A DNA stretch of 64,000 bases from Candidatus Aenigmatarchaeota archaeon (GTDB lineage Archaea > Aenigmatarchaeota > Aenigmatarchaeia > GW2011-AR5), in the NCBI GenBank assembly GCA_041645025.1, contig JBAZQV010000001.1:1519-65518 (forward strand). The letters are read 5' to 3'. A model generated the notes under the pieces. It made no database searches and was not told where the DNA came from. It saw only the letters and a list, made by a program, of their open reading frames with translations. Positions 56,436 through 64,000 of the stretch are shown in pieces. The translations under genes and the position numbers were made by a program. Position 1 is the stretch's first letter; each line of letters begins with the position of its first letter.

Positions 56436-57214
56436 TAATTATGATAATAGGCAAGACAGAAAAATACATACTGAAGAGGATAGAGGAAACCGGTGGCATA
56501 CTTTCTGTAATAATCGATCCGGTCGATTATCCAACAAGAGAGAAGGCAATTGCTACGGGCGTTGCTGCGTACAAAGCAGACGCGGATATCATAGCTGTTG
56601 GCGGCTCCATAAACGCGCAGGGCGAACTGCTTGACACTGTAACAAAGGGCATAAAGGAAAAGGTGGATGTGCCGGTTGTGCTGTTTCCTGGAAACATAGC
56701 TACAATCACATCCCACGCGGATGCAATCTATTTCATGTCGCTGCTGAACTCGAGAAACCCTTATTATATTTCTCAAGCACAAATGCTGGCGGCGCCGCTT
56801 ATCAAAGAACTTAAGATAGAGCCATTGCCCATAGGATACATTGTTGTTGAACCGGGCGGTACTGTGGGCTGGGTCGGCGATGCAAATGCGGTGCCAAGAA
56901 TAAAACCGAAAATTGCTGCAGCCCTTGCGATGGCAGGACAGTTCTCCGGACACAGGATAATATTCACAGACGCCGGTTCTGCTGCCTATGCGCCGGTTCC
57001 GGTGGAAATGGTTGCAGCAGTCAAGAAGTCGATAGACGTGCCTTATCTTGTTGCAGGCGGAATACGAACAGCTAAGCAGGCAGGCGAGATAATTGCTGCT
57101 GGCGCTGACTGGGTTCAGATAGGCACAGCCGCGGAAAACAGCAAAAACCCTGAAGAGCTAATCAGGAAATTTGTAATAGAAATCAAGAAAGCAGGCAAGA
57201 AGAAAATTAACTGA
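56432..57214 (+). CDS. Geranylgeranylglyceryl phosphate synthase family (PcrB/GGGPS TIM barrel)
   Basis: IIAVGGS and LVAGGIRTAKQAGEIIAAGADWVQIGTA motifs. Confidence 0.7.
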   Translation: MIIMIIGKTEKYILKRIEETGGILSVIIDPVDYPTREKAIATGVAAYKADADIIAVGGSINAQGELLDTVTKGIKEKVDVPVVLFPGNIATITSHADAIYFMSLLNSRNPYYISQAQMLAAPLIKELKIEPLPIGYIVVEPGGTVGWVGDANAVPRIKPKIAAALAMAGQFSGHRIIFTDAGSAAYAPVPVEMVAAVKKSIDVPYLVAGGIRTAKQAGEIIAAGADWVQIGTAAENSKNPEELIRKFVIEIKKAGKKKIN

Positions 57215-57331
57215 CTAAGACAAAACATCTTGGCGAGCACTAATCTATGTTGCAAATATTGGATGAATTCCAATAATAACATTTCTCATTTTTGTGTGCA
57301 GTAGTCTAGATTAAAATCGCCCTAATTTCTT

Positions 57332-58120
57332 CTACAGTAGCGAAAAGAACAAGTTTCCAAACAGCAGCGTCAGGACAAGGGCTATGGCGAAAACAGGCAC
57401 AAAGCGCATGCCGTCTTTTATCACTACGAAACGTTTCTGGCTACGCAGCTTTTTTATCTGCCGGTCCGTGAGGCCAACCCAGTTGCCTTTCTCCAGAACG
57501 TCGCCTTTTCTCAACTTGCTTGTTGGCACTTTTTTGCGGAAAACTTTTCTTTCAATGACAAAGGCATAGCGCCAGAAAAGCAACAGCAAGATTATGAGCG
57601 GAACCAGTTTTGGGATTAAGATAATAATTCTGGGCACTGCTGCAGAGGCCACGAGTATCGCTATAATCACGGCAGCAGGCACGCCAAGTATAAATTTCAA
57701 ATTTTCACGGAAATCTTTGACAACATATTTGAACACATGCCTGTTCAGGATGCCTATTGTAACAGAATAAATAACAGTATAGAATATGCTGACAAGCATG
57801 AAGTTCATTAGATATGGCACTATGAATATTTCGCCTCCATAGACAGGTACCATATAGCCGATGGCTGCAAGAATCCATGCATCAGCTCCGCCCCACTGGC
57901 CTTTTTTGTACATGATTAAGCCGATAGCGAGGAGAGCCGTGCCTACTATGATGGAAACGGTGAACGGATACCAGTCTCCTAGCATGCCTTGCAGAATCCA
58001 GTAGGCTATGCCAACAATTACCATGCCCACAGGCAATTTGTCAGGAACTTCTGTAGTCTTTAGATCCCATAAACCAGCGAGAATAGAGCCTGCGACAGCA
58101 ATTAACAATATTTCCAGCAT
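57332..58120 (-). CDS. A24-family prepilin/preflagellin peptidase-like membrane protein
   Basis: WDLKTTEVPD (first catalytic Asp context) and GQWGGADAW (GGAD motif); polytopic. Confidence 0.45.
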   Translation of the reverse strand: MLEILLIAVAGSILAGLWDLKTTEVPDKLPVGMVIVGIAYWILQGMLGDWYPFTVSIIVGTALLAIGLIMYKKGQWGGADAWILAAIGYMVPVYGGEIFIVPYLMNFMLVSIFYTVIYSVTIGILNRHVFKYVVKDFRENLKFILGVPAAVIIAILVASAAVPRIIILIPKLVPLIILLLLFWRYAFVIERKVFRKKVPTSKLRKGDVLEKGNWVGLTDRQIKKLRSQKRFVVIKDGMRFVPVFAIALVLTLLFGNLFFSLL

Positions 58121-58254
58121 TTAATACCCACCTAAATGGCACGTTTGTAATGCACCAAAACTTTTATAACCTAGAGTTTAAATTAATTACTAGTTAGTAT
58201 TTATTAATAAGATTTTTCAGCCTTAATTAGGCATTGGATTGAGAGGTAGGGGAA

Positions 58255-58962
58255 ATGCTTCCACAACACGTAGGTATCATACTTGACGGCAACAGGCGCT
58301 TCGCGCGCGAGCTCATGAAGAGGCCCTGGCTGGGCCACAAGGCAGGCCTGTATAAGGCAAGACAGGTTCTTGGCTGGGCCTGCGAACGGGGCATAAAATA
58401 CGTCACAGCTTACGTTTTGTCTTTGGAAAACTTACAGACAAGGCCAAAGAAAGAACTGCAGCTTATACTGAAATATTTCGGTGGTGAGATGGATGACATC
58501 CTGGCAACAGCTGATCATGTTGTCCACCGATTTGCCGTGCAGGTAAGGTTCATAGGGCGGACACATATACTTCCGGACGCACTGCAGGAAAAGATGCGCC
58601 TTGTTTCTAACAGAACAAAGAATTACAAGAAGCACACGCTTAACATCGCGATAGCTTACGGCGGCCAGCAGGAGCTTGTCGACGCGATGAAGAAAATCCT
58701 TGAAGAGGGACTTGCCGGGACTATAAGGCCGTGCGACCTCAATGAAACCATACTGAAGGAACACCTCTACACAAACGGTCAGCCGTATCCAGACATGATA
58801 TTCAGGACGGGCGGAGAAAAACGATTGAGCAACTTTTTGCCGTTCCAGTCAGCGTACAGCGAGCTTATCTTTACAGATAAGAAATGGCCTGCCATACAAG
58901 AGAAGGACTTTGACACGGCGCTGAAGGAATTCTCGGACAGGAAGAGACGATTTGGAAGGTAG
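58255..58962 (+). CDS. uppS: Undecaprenyl/di-trans,poly-cis-prenyl diphosphate synthase (cis-prenyltransferase)
   Basis: HVGIILDGNRRFA motif. Confidence 0.9.
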   Translation: MLPQHVGIILDGNRRFARELMKRPWLGHKAGLYKARQVLGWACERGIKYVTAYVLSLENLQTRPKKELQLILKYFGGEMDDILATADHVVHRFAVQVRFIGRTHILPDALQEKMRLVSNRTKNYKKHTLNIAIAYGGQQELVDAMKKILEEGLAGTIRPCDLNETILKEHLYTNGQPYPDMIFRTGGEKRLSNFLPFQSAYSELIFTDKKWPAIQEKDFDTALKEFSDRKRRFGR

Positions 58963-59377
58963 GTTTTTAATTGTTATGTCTATAGGAAGAAGAGAAATAT
59001 TCGCTTTGCATATTTTGATTTTGCTTTTCATTTTCACATTCAGGAACCAGTTTCTAGCTGACGCATGGCTTTCGATTGCATCGTCACTAATAACGATACC
59101 TGGATTGCTAATAGTCATTACAGGTGCAATAACACTGGATAAAGCAAAGAATTTGGCAACGAACGGAATATATTCGAGAATCAGACATCCGATTTATTAC
59201 GGCAGAATTTTATTCTTCATTGGTATAGCTTTATTCCTTAAGTCAATTTACGGACTAGTCCTAACACTTCTGGTAATTTTGCCGCTTCACATCCATATAA
59301 TCAGGGAAGAGGAAAAACTCTTGGCTGGGAAATACGGCAAAAAATACAACCGATATAAAAAACAGACGCTATTCTAG
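58952..59377 (+). CDS. Isoprenylcysteine carboxyl methyltransferase / phospholipid methyltransferase family membrane protein
   Basis: NGIYSRIRHPIYYG (RHPxY) motif. Confidence 0.55.
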   Translation: MEGRFLIVMSIGRREIFALHILILLFIFTFRNQFLADAWLSIASSLITIPGLLIVITGAITLDKAKNLATNGIYSRIRHPIYYGRILFFIGIALFLKSIYGLVLTLLVILPLHIHIIREEEKLLAGKYGKKYNRYKKQTLF

Positions 59378-59789
59378 ATTTATTTTCTCTTCAGATCCCG
59401 GTTGTAGGATCTTGCCACGAGAAAGACTTTTGGCAATTGCGAGCTTTTTCTAGACGCATCGAAGCTTGTCACATCGCCTTACTTACTTTCTCTTCAGACT
59501 CCAGTTGTAGAAGTACGCTATGAGCCATCCCGATATGTAGAATGCCACCACCAATACTATCAGCAGTGCTATGGAGTTCATGGGGTTCATGAAGGAAAAG
59601 CTTGGGTACATGTAACCCATCATTGATGGCTGTGCAATTGCTCCGTGCCATATAATGCCCACGATCCAGAAAACAACTCCAAATATTGCTGACGCCATTG
59701 AAAGAGCTTTCGGGCTAAGTTCCTGATATTTTGCCATAATAATCAGTTGCTTAAACTTCTATAAAAAGATACAAAAATATTTTTAATCT

Positions 59790-60356
59790 ATGTCTTATAT
59801 TGACACAGAAAGGAAATACAAGCGCGGGCCGCAGATAATTACCAGGAAGGACGCCGGAGCTATCGTAGCAGAGACAGGACTCCAACCTGATTGGCGCTGT
59901 TTGGATCTTGGCGGAGGCTCGGGATTTCTTGCGTTGTTTCTTGCTAACTTGGTCACGAACGGCTCGGTTACCTGCTATGAAATCAAGAAAGAGCATGCTG
60001 CAATAATAAAAGAAAATATTTTGCGCAGCGGATTCAAGAATATAAAACTCGTTAACAAACCAGGCGAAGACTTTATAGGCAAGAATTTTGATTTAGTTAC
60101 GATGGACATGAAGGGCGCTGAAAGGGTAATACCAAAAATTTACGCAGCGCTGAAAAAGGGCGGCTATGTTGCCGCTTATAGCCCACACATAGAGCAGCAG
60201 ATAAGCATTGTTAGCGCCATGGAGAAAGCAGGCTTTAGTAATATTAGAATAGAGGAAAACATCCAGCGCGAGTGGACAAGTGTTGCAGGCTTTACACACC
60301 CAAAACCTTCACAGGTAGTTCACACAGGCTTTATAACTATTGGACGAAAAATATGA
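59790..60356 (+). CDS. trmI: tRNA (adenine57/58-N1)-methyltransferase TrmI-like
   Basis: LDLGGGSGFLAL motif I and DLVTMDM ... AAYSPHIEQQ resembling TrmI LDLPxPW/SPCIEQ. Confidence 0.55.
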   Translation: MSYIDTERKYKRGPQIITRKDAGAIVAETGLQPDWRCLDLGGGSGFLALFLANLVTNGSVTCYEIKKEHAAIIKENILRSGFKNIKLVNKPGEDFIGKNFDLVTMDMKGAERVIPKIYAALKKGGYVAAYSPHIEQQISIVSAMEKAGFSNIRIEENIQREWTSVAGFTHPKPSQVVHTGFITIGRKI

Positions 60357-60440
60357 TTACTAAAAGTGGATGCATGGGTTCTGTTCGTCTTAACCGCTGT
60401 AATAGAAAAACCTTATTAGGAACCCGTTTCATTAATAATT

Positions 60441-60854
60441 ATGATAACTTCTCTGAATCCCGGCATTGCGCTTATTGTAGCAGTTCTCGCGCTGCTTGGT
60501 CTTGAGGCAGAGATTTCTTCTGGCAATGGTATTGGTGCGTTTTTTCTCGGTGCTATCGCGACTGTGCCACTAATAGTTTACATATGGGAGGTCATGAAGA
60601 AGAACTGGACTGTCTATAGAAAATTCTACTCCATGTCATTTCACAAACGCGACATGAAGGTGATAAAAAAGAGCTGGATTCTTACCTGGTGGATTGTTCC
60701 CTATTCTCTTGTTGTGTATTCTGTTCTCGACATCACAGTGCTTCTCAATCCTGTTCTCGGCACGCCCTATAGCATGCTCTATGGCGCGCTGTTCGTGATT
60801 TTCTTCTACACGGCGCTCCAGAAGCCCAAATATTATGAATCAGTAAAAAAATAG
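60441..60854 (+). CDS. Membrane protein (4 TM)
   Basis: 137 aa, hydrophobic. Confidence 0.4.
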   Translation: MITSLNPGIALIVAVLALLGLEAEISSGNGIGAFFLGAIATVPLIVYIWEVMKKNWTVYRKFYSMSFHKRDMKVIKKSWILTWWIVPYSLVVYSVLDITVLLNPVLGTPYSMLYGALFVIFFYTALQKPKYYESVKK

Positions 60855-60961
60855 AATGGGCCCGAGCAGACCTTTCTAAAACTCGAGAAAAGCAGAGCTT
60901 TTCTGAGTTGCCAGAAACCTTTGGTTTCTGAGCAAGAAAGCTCTAGTGGAAAGAAGTATTA

Positions 60962-61082
60962 TGGGCTCGAGGAGATTTGAACTCCTGTCTCAAGGTACAT
61001 CGCACCTTCTTTTAGTACAGCTTTTCTTTCTAAGAAAAGGTGTCCCGAACCTCGGATCCTGACCAAGCTAGACTACGAACCC
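60962..61082 (-). tRNA. tRNA-Pro(CGG) with a 47-nt intron at the canonical 37/38 position. Exon1 61082-61044, intron 61043-60997, exon2 60996-60962.
   Basis: Minus-strand GGGTTCG...CGAGCCC acceptor, D-arm GTCT/GGAT, anticodon stem CGAGG/CCTTG, loop TTCGGG|A, T-arm AGGAG-TTCAAAT-CTCCT; the intron contains the CCTTTTCTTAGAAAGAAAAG hairpin. Confidence 0.7.
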
Positions 61083-61103
61083 TGCGAGAAATATTCAAAC
61101 TTA

Positions 61104-62087
61104 CTAATTTTTATAATTATTGCTTGGAAAGAAATTATATTTGTATTCATGAAACAATGGTGTTAATTCAAATTCTTTAATTATATTACTGAATTTATCT
61201 CTTACATTTCTGGTTAATTGAAGCACTTGGTTCCGTGTTTCGACTTCAAATTCTATTTCAAAATCCCACGAACCAACAAGTCTTATTACACCAACAACAT
61301 TCGGATTTGTTCTGAGATAATTTACTAATTGTTTTTCTTTCAATTCGGTTATATTCTGAAATTTTATAAGAGCCTTGTAACCAGAGTATGGTGTATTTTC
61401 CAAATGAATAAGTGGCTTGAATCCCTGTATAAATCCTGATTTCTTCATCTTCTTGATTCTGAGTACTACTGTATTCGCCGTTATGCCTATACTTTTAGCG
61501 ATTTCAGCAGAACCGATTCTTGCATTTTCAGATAAAAATTTTAAAATAGCTTTGTCAATTTCATCTATTTTTACAGCTCCTTGTTCTTTGATCAAATATG
61601 ATACTTTTTTAATTTCCCCTGTTTTCTTAGTGAAATAATCTCGTCCAAAATCTATAATGCTAACAGTTGTAAGAATATCATAATTTTGTATTTGTTTTGG
61701 AAACTTATTTCTGAATTTTGTAATAATCTCATTATAATGTACTATATTCTTTGCCATGAAATTAACAAGTATATCCCATCTACCGCCACAGTCGACAAGC
61801 CACAAGACGTTTGGATGTCCCTTCAAGTAAGATACAATTTCTTTATATCTATGTTCATTTATGTTGCTAAATCTAATCATCGTTCTGTAGCTTGTATAAC
61901 CCAATGCTGCGAAGTCTGCAACAGTATAAAATCCTCCTATAACGTCCCTATGCTGCAAAGAACTAATCCTGTAGCTGACAACTTGTTGCGATGTGTTAAG
62001 TCTTTTGGCTATTTGTGATAACGGCTGTCTAGCATCCTTTTCGAGCTCGTATAAAATATCCAAGTCGAGTTTGCTAAGCTTGTGCAT
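61104..62087 (-). CDS. Tandem-fused Lrp/AsnC-family transcriptional regulator (two HTH+RAM units)
   Basis: LDLDILYELEKDARQPLSQIAKRLNTSQQVVSYRI and a second KAILKFLSENARIGSAEIAKSIGITANTVVLRIKKM HTH. Confidence 0.7.
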   Translation of the reverse strand: MHKLSKLDLDILYELEKDARQPLSQIAKRLNTSQQVVSYRISSLQHRDVIGGFYTVADFAALGYTSYRTMIRFSNINEHRYKEIVSYLKGHPNVLWLVDCGGRWDILVNFMAKNIVHYNEIITKFRNKFPKQIQNYDILTTVSIIDFGRDYFTKKTGEIKKVSYLIKEQGAVKIDEIDKAILKFLSENARIGSAEIAKSIGITANTVVLRIKKMKKSGFIQGFKPLIHLENTPYSGYKALIKFQNITELKEKQLVNYLRTNPNVVGVIRLVGSWDFEIEFEVETRNQVLQLTRNVRDKFSNIIKEFELTPLFHEYKYNFFPSNNYKN

Positions 62088-62209
62088 TTGTAAAATCTAT
62101 ATAGAAAAGCTTTTATCTTTGTAATAACGAAATTTTATCTTCTATTTTATTAAGAATACAAAATTTTCACTAAATAGTTTTAAATCTTGATAAGTAAAAT
62201 AACATAATC

Positions 62210-62377
62210 ATGCCAGACGAAAGACTGCAAAACTACGAGTTGCACGAAGATGTGAGGTATGACACAGAAGGTAGAGGTAACTACCCACCGCGAATTGAAA
62301 ATACGCAAAGAGATTTTTCACTACCTTATTTCAGATTAAGACCTATCAAAACTAGTCGTGAAGCTCAAATGGAGTAA
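62210..62377 (+). CDS. Small protein (55 aa), paralog 1; candidate precursor peptide or partner of the radical SAM enzyme
   Basis: MPDERLQNYELHEDVRYDTEGRGNYPPRIENTQRDFSLPYFRLRPIKTSREAQME; below the ORF-track cutoff; shares PYF.L..I.T..REA with the next ORF. Confidence 0.35.
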   Translation: MPDERLQNYELHEDVRYDTEGRGNYPPRIENTQRDFSLPYFRLRPIKTSREAQME

Positions 62378-62382
62378 TAGTT

Positions 62383-62541
62383 ATGTATAAGACTAAAAAC
62401 TTGAGTTTTGATCCGAAGGAAATTGTAGAAGAGAATCAGCCAAGCTATAGACCAATTGTTACGTCTAGTGACGGCACTAAAGAACCCTATTTTGCATTGA
62501 AATCTATAGATACGAAGAAAAGAGAGGCCAACGTAGAGTAG
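62383..62541 (+). CDS. Small protein (52 aa), paralog 2
   Basis: MYKTKNLSFDPKEIVEENQPSYRPIVTSSDGTKEPYFALKSIDTKKREANVE. Confidence 0.35.
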   Translation: MYKTKNLSFDPKEIVEENQPSYRPIVTSSDGTKEPYFALKSIDTKKREANVE

Positions 62542-62569
62542 GCTTTGCTATTTTTCTATTGTTATAGTT

Positions 62570-64000
62570 ATGAGAGTTTCTTTTGTTAATCCACCAAATA
62601 CGACATCACTTCACTTAGCTAAACCTGGAACTTACGTGGCCCAGAACGTAGGTACTGAGTTTTTAATTTTGCCGCGTATACCATTTGAAGTTTTGGCCTC
62701 TGTGCCGCCAGATTTTGAAAGAGATTTGGTTTTGCTTGATTTTGAATGGTATAAAGAACCTAATCTGAGCAAAGAAGATTTAGTGGATATAGCAACTGCA
62801 AATCACCCAGATATAGTATGCACTACGCTTATTTCGCAAGCCAGTGCGGATACAATCCATTATTTGACTGGGCAAATTAAGCAAAGATTGCCCGATACAA
62901 AAATAGTTGTTGGAGGACAAGCTGTCTCGCACTTGGGCAGAAAAATTTTCAAATATTGTCCAACAGTTGATATAGCATCCTTGACAGATGCAAGCTATAA
63001 TCTACCGCATATTCTTGAAAGTCTACGTAATGATTTGCATCATTTATACGATATACCCGGCATAGCATATCGAGAAAATGGCGAAGTAAAAATCAACTTG
63101 GCTGATACCAAAAGAACTACAGCAAAATGGTCGCCACAAGAACTTTACGACACTTGGAAAGATAGGATTTCTGAAATAACAGATTTTGCTCATTCTCAAG
63201 GGGCATATGTATTAGGAAATATCGAGACATACAAAGGCTGTCCTTATCCATGCGAATTCTGTTTAGCAAAAGGGCCAACAAGTCCTATGAATTCTGAACA
63301 GGCAATTAGAGAAATAGAATACTTGTATGACCTAGGTATTGATAGATTTTATTTCGTAGATCTTACATTCGGACTCAACAGAGAAAAAACACTCGGCCTT
63401 CTATCAGAGTTGAGCGAATTCAGAAAAGCCCATCCCAATTTTGGCTTCCGTTGTGTAACCAGGTCTGATAGAATAGATGAAGAATTTGTAGCTTATCTTA
63501 AAGCAGCCGGCTGCTATGAAGTGGGAATTGGTGTAGAAGTTAATGATGATTCTGTCTTAGCTATAATGAAAAAGAGAACAAATGAAAATCAGCATTCAAG
63601 AGCATTAGAGGTTTTAGGCAAAGAAGGTATAGCATTCAAGCTATTTTTAATAGAAGGCTATCCAGGCTCGAGTTCAAGAACCTCTAAGAAAACTTTTGAA
63701 TTGCTAAATTCTGTTGAAAATCAAGGCTACAAATATTTCATACAGCCTGCGCTGAGCAGAAATCTTAATCCTGAATCGCCTGAATTTGTATCAAGAGAAC
63801 AGAACAGCCAGTTCACGACTGGCACAATATATCAGTTAGATTTCCGCCATGACGCAAGGCGGTACGGCTGGAACAATGACGTTTCTGTAAGAGCTTTTTG
63901 TCTGCAGCTTCTTGCATATCCATCGACAGAAATCGGAAAACAAAATAAAGATAAAAATCTTCAAAAAAGGTTGGAAATGGATCTACATTTTCTGGCAGAT
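62570..64000 (+). CDS. B12-binding-domain radical SAM enzyme (class B-like), 3' end outside the window
   Basis: N-terminal Rossmann-like cobalamin-binding segment (IVCTTLISQASADTIHYLTGQIKQRLPDTKIVVGGQAV), then CPYPCEFC (CxxxCxxC); no stop codon before the window end. Confidence 0.8.
   Translation, partial: MRVSFVNPPNTTSLHLAKPGTYVAQNVGTEFLILPRIPFEVLASVPPDFERDLVLLDFEWYKEPNLSKEDLVDIATANHPDIVCTTLISQASADTIHYLTGQIKQRLPDTKIVVGGQAVSHLGRKIFKYCPTVDIASLTDASYNLPHILESLRNDLHHLYDIPGIAYRENGEVKINLADTKRTTAKWSPQELYDTWKDRISEITDFAHSQGAYVLGNIETYKGCPYPCEFCLAKGPTSPMNSEQAIREIEYLYDLGIDRFYFVDLTFGLNREKTLGLLSELSEFRKAHPNFGFRCVTRSDRIDEEFVAYLKAAGCYEVGIGVEVNDDSVLAIMKKRTNENQHSRALEVLGKEGIAFKLFLIEGYPGSSSRTSKKTFELLNSVENQGYKYFIQPALSRNLNPESPEFVSREQNSQFTTGTIYQLDFRHDARRYGWNNDVSVRAFCLQLLAYPSTEIGKQNKDKNLQKRLEMDLHFLAD

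Overview
Archaeal chromosomal segment, AT-rich and densely coding. The lineage is probably a small-genome archaeon such as a DPANN-type or a related euryarchaeal group. This rests on the archaeal ribosomal protein/RNA polymerase gene order (S4-S11-RpoD-tRNA-L18e-L13-S9-RpoN), aIF2beta, aIF5A plus deoxyhypusine synthase, TFB, a histone, the RNase P proteins Pop5/Rpp30, and GGGP synthase. Recognisable housekeeping genes: ribosomal proteins, RpoD/RpoN, KsgA, RFC large subunit, ArgRS, AdoMet decarboxylase, two tandem deoxyhypusine synthases, a Drg/Obg-like GTPase, S3Ae, ATP-dependent DNA ligase, GlmS, a GlmU-like enzyme, TFB, a histone, aIF5A, GGGP synthase, UppS and TrmI. Accessory and unusual content: two intron-containing tRNAs, one of which (tRNA-Leu) carries two introns at non-canonical positions. 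A U-rich palindromic hairpin plus BRE/TATA-like module recurs in both tRNA introns and in many intergenic regions. A 96-bp near-identical inverted repeat pair lies 21 kb apart. A ~190-nt structured element occurs twice and shows compensatory base changes. Four VapBC pairs with palindromic candidate operators and a fused MNT-HEPN-like protein are present. Further items are a degraded IS fragment, large internally repetitive coiled-coil proteins next to an archaeosortase-like gene and a prepilin-peptidase-like gene, a block of uncharacterised proteins (tandem paralogs plus two ~560-aa proteins), and at the 3' end a fused Lrp regulator followed by two paralogous ~50-aa peptides and a B12-binding radical SAM enzyme. 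All calls were made by eye from the ORF translations and sequence patterns; no database search was run.
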